A stretch of DNA of 64,000 nucleotides from an uncultured Actinomycetes bacterium. GTDB taxonomy: Bacteria; Actinomycetota; Thermoleophilia; Gaiellales; Gaiellaceae. The position numbers and the translations under genes were made by a program. Where the stretch lies: assembly GCA_963705535.1 (NCBI GenBank), contig CAVPJY010000012.1, positions 67,069 to 131,068 on the forward strand. Direction: 5' to 3'. This document shows positions 36,178 through 44,227 of the stretch, piece by piece. Numbering within the stretch: position 1 is the first letter of the stretch; each line of letters begins with the position of its first letter. Under the pieces are notes generated by a model. The model was not told the DNA's origin. It did no database searches and was given only the letters and a program-made list of their open reading frames with translations.

Positions 36178-36971
36178 GCTCTTCCTGCGCGGGCTCCTCG
36201 ACCACCGACGCGCGCTCGTCGCCTGGTGCCTCGGCGTCGTCGCCTACGTCGGGCTCATCGCCGCGATCTTCCCCTCGATCGAGGGCTCGCCCGAGCTCGA
36301 CGATCTCCTGGCGAGCTACCCCGAGGTCCTGAAGTCGCTGTTCGGCATCGCGGAGGGGAGCAGCATCACCTCGGGCCCGGGGTATCTCGACGCGGAGCTC
36401 TTCAGCTTCATGCTCCCGCTCTTCGTCCTCGTGCTCGCGATCGGCTCGGGCGCGCGGACGTTCGCGGGCGAGGAGGACGCGGGCCGGCTGGAGCTCCTGC
36501 TCTCGTATCCCGTGCGGCGCCGGAATGCCGTGCTCGCGAAGGGCCTCGCGGTGGGGACCGAGGTGCTGCTTCCTGTGCGCCGCCGCGGGTGTCGCGATGC
36601 TCATCCTCGACCCACTCCTCGGCCTCGACCTCTCCACCAGGAACATCGCGGCCGCCGTAGCGTCTCTCGCCGCGCTCGGGCTCCTGCACGGCTGGCTCGC
36701 GCTCGCGGTCGGCGCCGCGACGGCGAGTCGCGCGCTCGCCATCGGCGTGCCCGTCGGCGTCGCTGCGGCCGGGTACCTCGTCAACGGGCTGCACGGGATC
36801 GCGGGCTGGCTCGACCCGTTTCGCTTCGCCTCCCCGTTCTGGCTGGTCGGCTCCTCCCCGCTGCAAGGTGGCGCCGACACGTGGGGGGCCGCGGTGGTGA
36901 TCGCCGCCGCCGTCGCGCTCCTCCTCGCAGGAGCGCTGCTCGTCGAGCGGCGCGACCTCCGGACGCCGTGA
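36176..36971 (+). CDS. ABC-2 family permease; no canonical start codon, and frame interrupted near 36572
   Basis: The frame open from 36077 encodes ELFLRGLLDHRRALVAWCLGVVAYVGLIAAIFPS...GARTFAGEEDAGRLELLLSYPVRRR, a typical ABC-2 permease N-terminus. It then continues after skipping one base into ORF 36525..36971. Before 36410 the only in-frame start-like codons are CTG (e.g. 36185). Confidence 0.6.
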
Positions 36972-36972
36972 C

Positions 36973-37704
36973 CTAGAGGATCGCCTCCACGCACGCGACC
37001 GCCTTCACGGTCTCTCCCACGACGAACCCGACCTCGTACCGCTCTCTGCTCCACTCCTCGGCGAGTTCGACACGCTCCTCGAGGTCGAGCGGGTGGCGGT
37101 AGTCGAGGAGCGCCCGTGCCGGGCGGCGGAGATCGGGGCCGCGCTCCGGCAGGCGCTGCTCCACCGCGCTCCAGTAGGCCGCGTTGTTCACGTGGCCCAT
37201 GAGGTCGACGTCGGTCGCGCGCAGCGGCCACGACACCCGGGGCGCGTCGCCGGACGGGCCCTCCAGGGTGAGCCGCGTCGAGGCGGCCCGGCCCGCAGCC
37301 GCCCGCGCATAGCCGTCGAACCCCTCGCCGATCCGGGCCGGTCGTGCGTCCGGCCCGAGATGGACCCACACGCTGTCCACCTCGATCGAGCCCCCGGCAT
37401 CTCCGGTGAGCGACCACCGCCGGCCCGCCGCGAGCGCCGAGAACGCGCTCCCCCACGTCACGATCTCGACGCTCGTGTCGCGCACGAACGGCGAGAGCGC
37501 GTCGATGCGGATCGAGCGCAGGACCCAGAGATGCTCGGGAGCCCCCCACCCGGTCTCGTCGACGTCGTCCGTCGCGGCGTCCTGGAGGTACCGGGCGACC
37601 GCGTCCAGCCGCAGGCGGCCGGTCGCGTCCGTGTCGGAGAGCCTGACGCGGTAGGCGGTGCTGAACGTCCTGCCTGCGGACGGACGTGGGACGAGCGGCT
37701 CCAG
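36973..37704 (-). CDS. Acyl-ACP thioesterase family protein, probable CTG start
   Basis: ORF 36973..37485 plus an in-frame upstream extension: LEPLVPRPSAGRTFSTAYRVRLSDTDATGRLRLDAVARYLQDAATDDV... Between the upstream TGA and 37485 there is no ATG, GTG or TTG. CTG at 37704 gives 243 aa. Confidence 0.7.
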   Translation of the reverse strand: MEPLVPRPSAGRTFSTAYRVRLSDTDATGRLRLDAVARYLQDAATDDVDETGWGAPEHLWVLRSIRIDALSPFVRDTSVEIVTWGSAFSALAAGRRWSLTGDAGGSIEVDSVWVHLGPDARPARIGEGFDGYARAAAGRAASTRLTLEGPSGDAPRVSWPLRATDVDLMGHVNNAAYWSAVEQRLPERGPDLRRPARALLDYRHPLDLEERVELAEEWSRERYEVGFVVGETVKAVACVEAIL

Positions 37705-37729
37705 TGAGGGCTCCTCGCGGCGGAAGGCG

Positions 37730-38236
37730 TCAGCCTACGCCGTCGTCGAGCTCGAGCACCATCCGCCCGAGGTCGTCGCCCGGCTCGTGGTCGACGTACC
37801 CGAGGGCCGCGTACAGTCGCTTCGCCGGGTTCTCGGCATCCACGCTGAGCGAGACCCTGCGGATGCCGCGGCGCCGGCCGAGGTCGTGCATCGCCAGCAT
37901 GAGCGCGCGACCGACACCGCGTCCCCGGTGGCCGTCGACGACGGCGATCGCGAGCTCCGGCGTGAACTCGTCCACGAAGCCCTCGCCGTGCTCGGCATCG
38001 GTGAAGAAGCGCCACCACACCGCGCCGATCCGCCGGTCTTCCTCCTCCGCGACGAGTCCGGCGTCGCCCTCTCGCCCCCAACCCGCGTGGAAGATCGCGA
38101 GCTGCGGGTGGTCGATGACGAGCTCGAAGGGCGGCAGCTCGGGACTCGGCCGCCACGCGAGCGCCGCGTACAGCATCTCCCGGAGGAACGGGAGGTCGTC
38201 GCTCGTGAGCTCCCTGATCGTCAAGGCCGCAGGCAC
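37730..38236 (-). CDS. GNAT family N-acetyltransferase
   Basis: ORF 37730..38338 trimmed to GTG at 38236 (VPAALTIRELTSDDL). Acetyl-CoA motif VVDGHRGRGVGRALM. Confidence 0.8.
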   Translation of the reverse strand: MPAALTIRELTSDDLPFLREMLYAALAWRPSPELPPFELVIDHPQLAIFHAGWGREGDAGLVAEEEDRRIGAVWWRFFTDAEHGEGFVDEFTPELAIAVVDGHRGRGVGRALMLAMHDLGRRRGIRRVSLSVDAENPAKRLYAALGYVDHEPGDDLGRMVLELDDGVG

Positions 38237-38287
38237 GACGCAATCATCTCGATTCGGCGGCGTGCGGGCGCATGCGAGCATCCCGTG

Positions 38288-39817
38288 ATGAGCAGCTTCC
38301 CCCGAGGACCGCAGTCCTCGTCCGAGCGCGGCCCCCACCGGCGACGGCTGCTCGTCCTCGCCGGAGCCCTCGTGGCCGTCGCCCTGGCCACCGCGGCCGT
38401 GCTCGTGCGGTCCTCGGGTGACGACGGCGGGAACGCGCTCCTCGTCCCGCGGGACCCGCTTCCGTCGACCGACGTCCTCGTTTACGAGTCGTCACAGGAG
38501 GACGAGCTCGAGCGCGCGGCCGCGGTCGGCCTGAGCCATCCGCTGTACGAGAAGTCGCCGGGCGGCGTGCTGGCGACGGCGCGACGGGTCGAGGCGTTCC
38601 GGCCGCTCGTCGAAGCGGCCGTCGAGGGCACCGAGATCGACGCGGACCTCCTCGAGGCGATCGTGTTCCTCGAGAGCGGTGGCCGGCCGGACGTCATCGC
38701 TGGCGACGACCCCGAGGCCGCCTCGGGTCTCACCCAGATCCTCGCCGAGACCGCGCAGAGCTTCCTGGGGATGCCCGTGAACCTCGACCGGAGCCGGGCG
38801 CTGACGGTCCGGATAGCGGGCGCGGAGCGCCGCGGGGACCTCGCCCGGGCGGAGCGGCTCCGCGCGGAGCGCCGCGCGATCGACGCCCGCTTCGATCCCG
38901 CGCAGGCCCTCGCCGGCACCGTCCGCTACCTGTCGAGGGCGTTCGAGCGGCTCGGCCGGGAGGATCTGGCCGTCGTCTCGTACCACATGGGCATCGGCAA
39001 CCTGACGGACGTGCTGCGCGCCTACACGGGGACGGGAACGGAGACGCCCGTGCCCGAGCTCGTGGACGAGAACGACCTCTCGTGGGCGCGCGTCTTCTTC
39101 GACACCGCGCCGGACTGGCACGCGGCGGCCCATCGCCTTCTCGCCCGCCTGGGCGACGACTCGCCTACGTACTACTGGCGCGTCCTCGCGGCGGCCGAGA
39201 TCATGCGGCTGTACCGCGACGACTTCGACCGCCTCCAGGAGCTCGACCTCCTGCACGGCGCGAAGGCAAGCGCCGAGGAGGCGCTCCACCCGCCGTCCGA
39301 GACCGACCGCTTCGCCGACGGCGTCGACCTCCAGCGAGCCTGGGACGACGTCGTGCTCCAACCGTTGCCCGACGACCCCGCGCGCCTCGGGTTCACGGTC
39401 GATCCCTCCATGGGAGAGCTGGCCTCGCGACTCGGGCGTCCGCGCGGTCTCTACCGGGGGCTCCGCAAGGAGGCGCTCGCGCTCCTCGTCTACGTCGGCT
39501 CCCGCGTGCAGGCGATCGGCGGCGCGTCGCAACCGCTGCAGGTGACGAGCTCCGTGCGCGACGACGAGTACCAGAGCCTGCTGCGCGCGACGAACCCGGA
39601 GGCCGCGCAGCGCTACTCGCTCCACACGACCGGCTACGCGTTCGACGTCAGGCGCCGGTACGAGTCGGGCGCGCAGGCCCAGGCGTTCCAGTTCGTGCTC
39701 GACGACCTGACGGCCCGCGGGCTCATCGCGTGGGCGCGCGAGCCCGCCGCGATCCACGTCACCGTCGCCTCGGACGCCGAGGCACTCGTCCCGGAGCTCC
39801 TCGAGCGGGCCGACTGA
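38288..39817 (+). CDS. Secreted cell-wall hydrolase: lytic transglycosylase (SLT) domain plus a C-terminal M15/VanY-like domain
   Basis: Distal part of ORF 37658..39817 from ATG at 38288. TM anchor. SLT motif FLESGGRP...ASGLTQI. C-terminal SLHTTGYAFDV resembles the zinc site of LAS/M15 peptidases. Confidence 0.7.
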   Translation: MSSFPRGPQSSSERGPHRRRLLVLAGALVAVALATAAVLVRSSGDDGGNALLVPRDPLPSTDVLVYESSQEDELERAAAVGLSHPLYEKSPGGVLATARRVEAFRPLVEAAVEGTEIDADLLEAIVFLESGGRPDVIAGDDPEAASGLTQILAETAQSFLGMPVNLDRSRALTVRIAGAERRGDLARAERLRAERRAIDARFDPAQALAGTVRYLSRAFERLGREDLAVVSYHMGIGNLTDVLRAYTGTGTETPVPELVDENDLSWARVFFDTAPDWHAAAHRLLARLGDDSPTYYWRVLAAAEIMRLYRDDFDRLQELDLLHGAKASAEEALHPPSETDRFADGVDLQRAWDDVVLQPLPDDPARLGFTVDPSMGELASRLGRPRGLYRGLRKEALALLVYVGSRVQAIGGASQPLQVTSSVRDDEYQSLLRATNPEAAQRYSLHTTGYAFDVRRRYESGAQAQAFQFVLDDLTARGLIAWAREPAAIHVTVASDAEALVPELLERAD

Positions 39818-39838
39818 AGTCGGCTGCGTTCCGTTCCG

Positions 39839-40471
39839 TCAGCGGCCCGTCGTGGAGAAGTGCATGTAGTCCTTCGTCGAGCCCGTCCACTCGCCGCCCC
39901 AGCCCCAGCCGACCGAGCGGAACGCCCGCACGACCTCGGGCGTCACCATGCCCTTGCGGAGAGGCGTGCGGTCGACGTACGGCCTGCTGCGCGGGTCGTA
40001 GACGGCGCCGCACCCGACGTAGGGGTTCTCCTTCGGGTTCAGGTCGACCGCGTGACCGTACGCATGGTTGGACCAGTTCCCGCTGCCGGTCCCGCAGGGG
40101 GACGGGACCGCGCGGCGGCAGTGGAACGACCCGGTGACGTCCCCGTCCGTCGGGCGCGCACGCTTCGGCCCGTACAGGTCACCGAGCTCCATGTGCCGGA
40201 TCGGGAAGCGCAGCTGGTACAGGCGTCGGAACACCTTGGCGAGCGGCGCGGCGACGTCCCGGTTCACGACGAGCTGGCCCGTGTGCGGGCGGCCGTCGAA
40301 GCCCCAGTGGGTCACCGTCAGGAGACGGAGATCGGACATGGGCACGGGACACCCGGGCTGCCAGAAGCGGCCCTCGAGGCTCGCACGGAGTGGCGCAGGC
40401 AACGGCTTGGCCTCCGAGTCGAACCCGTGGAGGGCGACGAGGGCGAGCGGAACGGCGAGGAGGCGGAGCAC
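39839..40471 (-). CDS. M15 family metallopeptidase (D,D-carboxypeptidase-like)
   Basis: ORF track. Signal peptide, then NHAYGHAVDLN and DYMHFS zinc-ligand motifs. Confidence 0.8.
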   Translation of the reverse strand: MLRLLAVPLALVALHGFDSEAKPLPAPLRASLEGRFWQPGCPVPMSDLRLLTVTHWGFDGRPHTGQLVVNRDVAAPLAKVFRRLYQLRFPIRHMELGDLYGPKRARPTDGDVTGSFHCRRAVPSPCGTGSGNWSNHAYGHAVDLNPKENPYVGCGAVYDPRSRPYVDRTPLRKGMVTPEVVRAFRSVGWGWGGEWTGSTKDYMHFSTTGR

Positions 40472-40556
40472 GGCAGCTGACGTCTAGGGTGCTCGCTCGG
40501 CCGCCCGCTCGTCAAGGTTCGGCCTCGCGCCGCGCTCACGCACCTACGCTCTCGTC

Positions 40557-41141
40557 ATGCGCGACTTCTCCGATCTGCCGGCGGACCCTCGCGCCGTCGT
40601 CCTCGTAGAGGGCCCGAGCGACCAGGCTGCGCTCCACGCGCTCGCGGAACGGCGCCGGCGCGACCTCGACGCGGAGGGCATCTCCGTCGTGCCGATCGGC
40701 GGCGCGCAGGCGGTCGGACCGTTCCTCGGTCGGCTCGGGGGCGCGGGCGCGAACCATGACGTGCGGCTGGCAGGGTTGTGCGACGCGGGCGAGGAGCACG
40801 CCTTCCGCCGAGCGCTCGAGCGCGCCGGGCTCGGCTCGGACTTGACGCGGGAAGACATGGAGCGCCTCGGCTTCTACGTGTGCGACGCCGACCTCGAGGA
40901 CGAGCTCGTCCGCGCTCTCGGCGCCGACGCCGTCGAGCGCGTCCTCGCCGAGCAGGGCGAGCTCCGCTCGTTCCGCACCTACCAGAAGCAGGAGGCGCAT
41001 CGGGAGCGGCCGCACGAGCAGCAGCTCCGGGGCTTCATGACGAACAGGAAGATCCGCTACGGACGCCTGCTCGTCGAGGCGCTCGACCTCTCCCGGGTCC
41101 CGCGGCCGCTCGACGCGGTGCTCGAGCACGTGCTCACCTGA
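40557..41141 (+). CDS. Stand-alone Toprim domain protein (OLD-nuclease C-terminal-like)
   Basis: ORF track. VVLVEGPSDQ (Toprim Glu) and YVCDADLEDE (DxD), with no ATPase domain attached. Confidence 0.65.
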   Translation: MRDFSDLPADPRAVVLVEGPSDQAALHALAERRRRDLDAEGISVVPIGGAQAVGPFLGRLGGAGANHDVRLAGLCDAGEEHAFRRALERAGLGSDLTREDMERLGFYVCDADLEDELVRALGADAVERVLAEQGELRSFRTYQKQEAHRERPHEQQLRGFMTNRKIRYGRLLVEALDLSRVPRPLDAVLEHVLT

Positions 41142-41177
41142 CCCGTGCGGGTCGCGGGAGCCGAAAAGGAGCCGGGT

Positions 41178-41200
41178 GCCGACGCGCGACCCGCGTCGGC
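41178..41200. terminator. Bidirectional hairpin between convergent genes
   Basis: GCCGACGCG-CGACC-CGCGTCGGC, a 9-bp GC stem with no clear U tract. Confidence 0.35.
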
Positions 41201-41241
41201 GTCACGCCGGCAGCGCAGAGCAAGAGATGTGCCCGCGTCTC

Positions 41242-42978
41242 CTACGTGTCCTTCGCGATGGGGACGGTGACCGTGGTGCTGCTCAGGCCGAGCGCGCCTC
41301 CGCGGATGTCGAGGCGAAGCGTCCAGAGACCGGCGAGCGGGAACCTCGCCGCGGGCACGACGGTCTCGCCCGGGCCGGCCGGTGCCGCCTCGAGCCGTAT
41401 GGGACCGAGTCCCGCCGCGGGCAGCGAGGCGGTCACTCCGACCTCGGCCACCTTCGCCGGCCGGCCGGTCAGGTGGTTCACGAGGTGCACGTGGATCTCG
41501 TTCGAGCCGGTCCGGGCCGGGTCGACGACGACCTCGACCGCGAAGGGGTGGGCGAAGGCGTCGCGGGTGACGGATCCGCCCTGAGCGGCGAGCTGCGCCT
41601 TCGCCGGCGGCTCGGCGACGAGGGCGGCCGTCACTCCCACGACCACCAGCGCGATGACGAGCTCGGCGCCGGTCGACACGAGGAACCGCCTCCGCTCGAG
41701 CGCCGAGGTGACGCCATCCCGCAGTCTCGGCGTCGAGACGCGGTTGTTGAACACGCCCAGCCCGAGGATGGGCACGACGAGCGCGACCTTGACGAGGAGC
41801 AGACGGCCGTACGTCGTCTCCCAGAGCCCGCTCCACGAGCCGACCTCGTAGAAGCCGTTGACGACGCCCGCGACGAGCAGGAGCGCGATCGCTACGACGG
41901 CGAGCGTCGAGAAGCGCGGGACGCTCCTCGAGGCGATCCTCCACCGTTCGCCGCCGCCCCGCCAGAGCGCGACGAGCAGGAACGCCAGCCCTCCGGCCCA
42001 GGCCGACGCGGCGAGCACGTGCACCCAGTCGCTCACGACCGCGAGGCCCCCGTCGACCCGTGCGTGCCCCGAGAGCGCCGGCGTCGGGGCGATGACGGCG
42101 CCAAGGGCGACCGCGGACCAGGCAAGCGCGCGACTCTCCGCGGAGCGCCTCACGGCGAGCACGGCGACGAGCGCGAGGAGAGCAGCCAGCACCACCCGTA
42201 GGAGCCACACCTCGCCGAACCGCGTGTCGAGAACGTCGCCGTATCAGCGAAGGACGGACGGCGGCGTCGAGACCGAGCGCGCTCGCCTTCGCGCCCTCGA
42301 GCCCGATGCCCGCGAGTGCGGTGAGGGCCAGGAGAGCCGATGCGACGGCGAGGACGACCCACAGCGGCTTGCGGATGCGGCGGTCCTCGCCGGTGAGCAC
42401 GACCGCCAGGGCGATCGCGCCGCCGACTCCGAGCAGGATAAGCGTCAGGCTCAGGAAGCGGACGACCCAGAACGCGGTGTCGACCGCCGTGATCCTGCGT
42501 GCTCGTCGAGCACCTGATCGACGACGCCGCGCGGCACCAGCGCCCGGCTTTCCGACGTGGAAGACGAACGCGCCGCTGATCGGATGCGAGTCCGCGGACA
42601 CGACTCGCCACGCGACGGTGTACGTGCCGCGCGGCAGATCGGGCGGCAGGCCGACGGCGACGGACTCCGGTTCCGGCCGGGTCGTCTTCCCGTCGTCCAC
42701 CCGCCGCGCGCCGCCGTCATAGACCCGGACGGAGGCGAACGCGGTCTCGACCGGCTCGCTGAAGCGAAGCACGACCTGGCTCGGCGCACGACGAAGCACC
42801 TCGTCGTTCGCCGGCGTCGACGACTCGAGCTCCGGCATGGGCCAGCGCCGTCGGCGCCCAGGCGAGCGACGCGATCGCACCCGATGACGAGGGCGACCCA
42901 GATCGGTGCGCGAAACGGTCTCCGCAAGCCGAGCATCTGTCTCCTTCTTCGCATGGCGCGACCCAGCGGGTTGCGCAT
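41242..42978 (-). pseudogene. CopC-CopD fusion copper-resistance protein (YcnJ-like), reading frame broken three times
   Basis: The signal peptide (MLGLRRPFRAPIWVALVIG / AIASLAWAPTALAHA), the CopC domain (ELESSTPANDEVL...VAWRVVSADSHPISGAFVFHV) and the CopD membrane domain (YGDVLDTRFGEVWLLRVVLAALL...) lie in successive frames. Breaks are near 42880, 42835 and 42245. Confidence 0.7.
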
Positions 42979-43057
42979 CGACTCAGCGACGTCGATGGAG
43001 GCGATGCTCGCAGGTCCTCCTCACCGTGGCCGACGTCAGCCCTGTAGGTTTGTCCGG

Positions 43058-43612
43058 ATGCCCGAGGCGCAACTGGAGGACTCCGGCTCCGGGCTGGCGC
43101 CCGTCAGCGAGGGCTGGTTCGTCCTCAACGTGCGGGACGCCGAGTGGCTGACGTCGGAGAAGGGCGAGAAGAGGCCGTCCGGGTCCGAGTGCGCCTTCGA
43201 GGGTCAGAAGGTCGAGTTCGCGGAGCTCGGCATCAGGCTCCACGTCCTCGAGCCGGGCGAGCCGAACGGCCTGTACCACGCGGAGTCGAAGCAGGAGGAC
43301 TTCCTCGTGCTGCACGGGGAGTGCACGCTCCTCGTCGACGGTGAGGAACGACTCCTCCGCCAGTGGGACTTCTTCCACTCCCCTCCCGAGACCGAGCACA
43401 TCTTCGTGGGGGCGGGCGATGGGCCGTGCGTGATCCTGATGGCCGGCGCGCGGTCGGGAGACTGGCGGGTTCGCTACCCGGTGTCGGAGCTCGCGGCGCA
43501 GTACGAAGCGAGCGCGCAGGAGGAGACGACCGACCCGAGGCAGGCGTACACGGCGTTCGAGCCGTCGCGGCGGGAGCGGCCCTCGTACTGGGACCAGCTC
43601 CCCTGGGCGTAG
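43058..43612 (+). CDS. Cupin domain-containing protein
   Basis: Distal part of ORF 42557..43612 from ATG at 43058. Cupin beta-barrel pattern: GLYHAESKQEDFLVLHGECTLLVDGEE...HIFVGAGDG. Confidence 0.8.
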   Translation: MPEAQLEDSGSGLAPVSEGWFVLNVRDAEWLTSEKGEKRPSGSECAFEGQKVEFAELGIRLHVLEPGEPNGLYHAESKQEDFLVLHGECTLLVDGEERLLRQWDFFHSPPETEHIFVGAGDGPCVILMAGARSGDWRVRYPVSELAAQYEASAQEETTDPRQAYTAFEPSRRERPSYWDQLPWA

Positions 43613-43688
43613 CCTCGGGCACGCGTTCGACCGACTGACCGCGCGGGGAGCTGAATCTGGCGCGGAGCGATCCAGCCCGCGACACGAG

Positions 43689-43716
43689 AGTGGAGGCGGC
43701 GGGAATCGAACCCGCG
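43689..43716. repeat. 28-nt direct repeat of the ssrA 3' end (distal att site)
   Basis: AGTGGAGGCGGCGGGAATCGAACCCGCG is identical at 43689-43716 and 47293-47320. It is the reverse complement of the tmRNA T arm plus acceptor 3' strand. Confidence 0.85.
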
Positions 43717-44181
43717 CAACGTTCCTCACGTGTTCGCACCCTCTCCCGCGCACTTGTTCACGACGTCGTGAAACTCTCTCCCGACGAGCGGGACGCCGTG
43801 AACGCGCGCGCGCATCCGGCCGACATCGGAATCGAGTTTCCGGCCCGCCCGATGTCTTCGAGGTTCACAACATCATCAAGCGCTAGCCCGGCCCAGGCGA
43901 TCATCATGAGCAAGAGCTCCGCCGAAGAAGCAGAAGCAGAGCGCGGCCTCAAGGACGTCGCGGCGAGAGAGCGCGGCCAGAAGTCCGGCTCCGGTTCGTG
44001 TTTCTGGCGAGTGCTGCACGGCGACACAGACACACGGTTGCCATGGAGCGCTCAGCCCGATGCGCCGGGGTCGAGTGCCAGGCGGTAGGTCGGCACGGGT
44101 GCGGAGGCGGGTACGACGATCCGCCTGCTGTCGACGTATACGTCGGGCGCGGGGTCTGGCAGACGTGGCTTACGTAATCGC

Positions 44182-44222
44182 GCGGGTGGGCGGCGCGGGG
44201 AGCACCCGCACCGCCCACCCGC
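44182..44222 (-). terminator. Hairpin directly after the 600-aa gene
   Basis: GCGGGTGGGCGG ... CCGCCCACCCGC, a 12-bp stem, 6 nt downstream of the stop at 44228. Confidence 0.4.
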
Positions 44223-44227
44223 GTACG

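Noticed and set aside
43690-44088. 132-aa + strand ORF at the left end of the islet
   Set aside because: It begins inside the tmRNA-derived att repeat (MEAAGIEPAQ is the reverse reading of the T arm). It has low-complexity content and no RBS. At most the internal 60-codon MSKSSAEEAEAERG... segment might be real, and I cannot support it.
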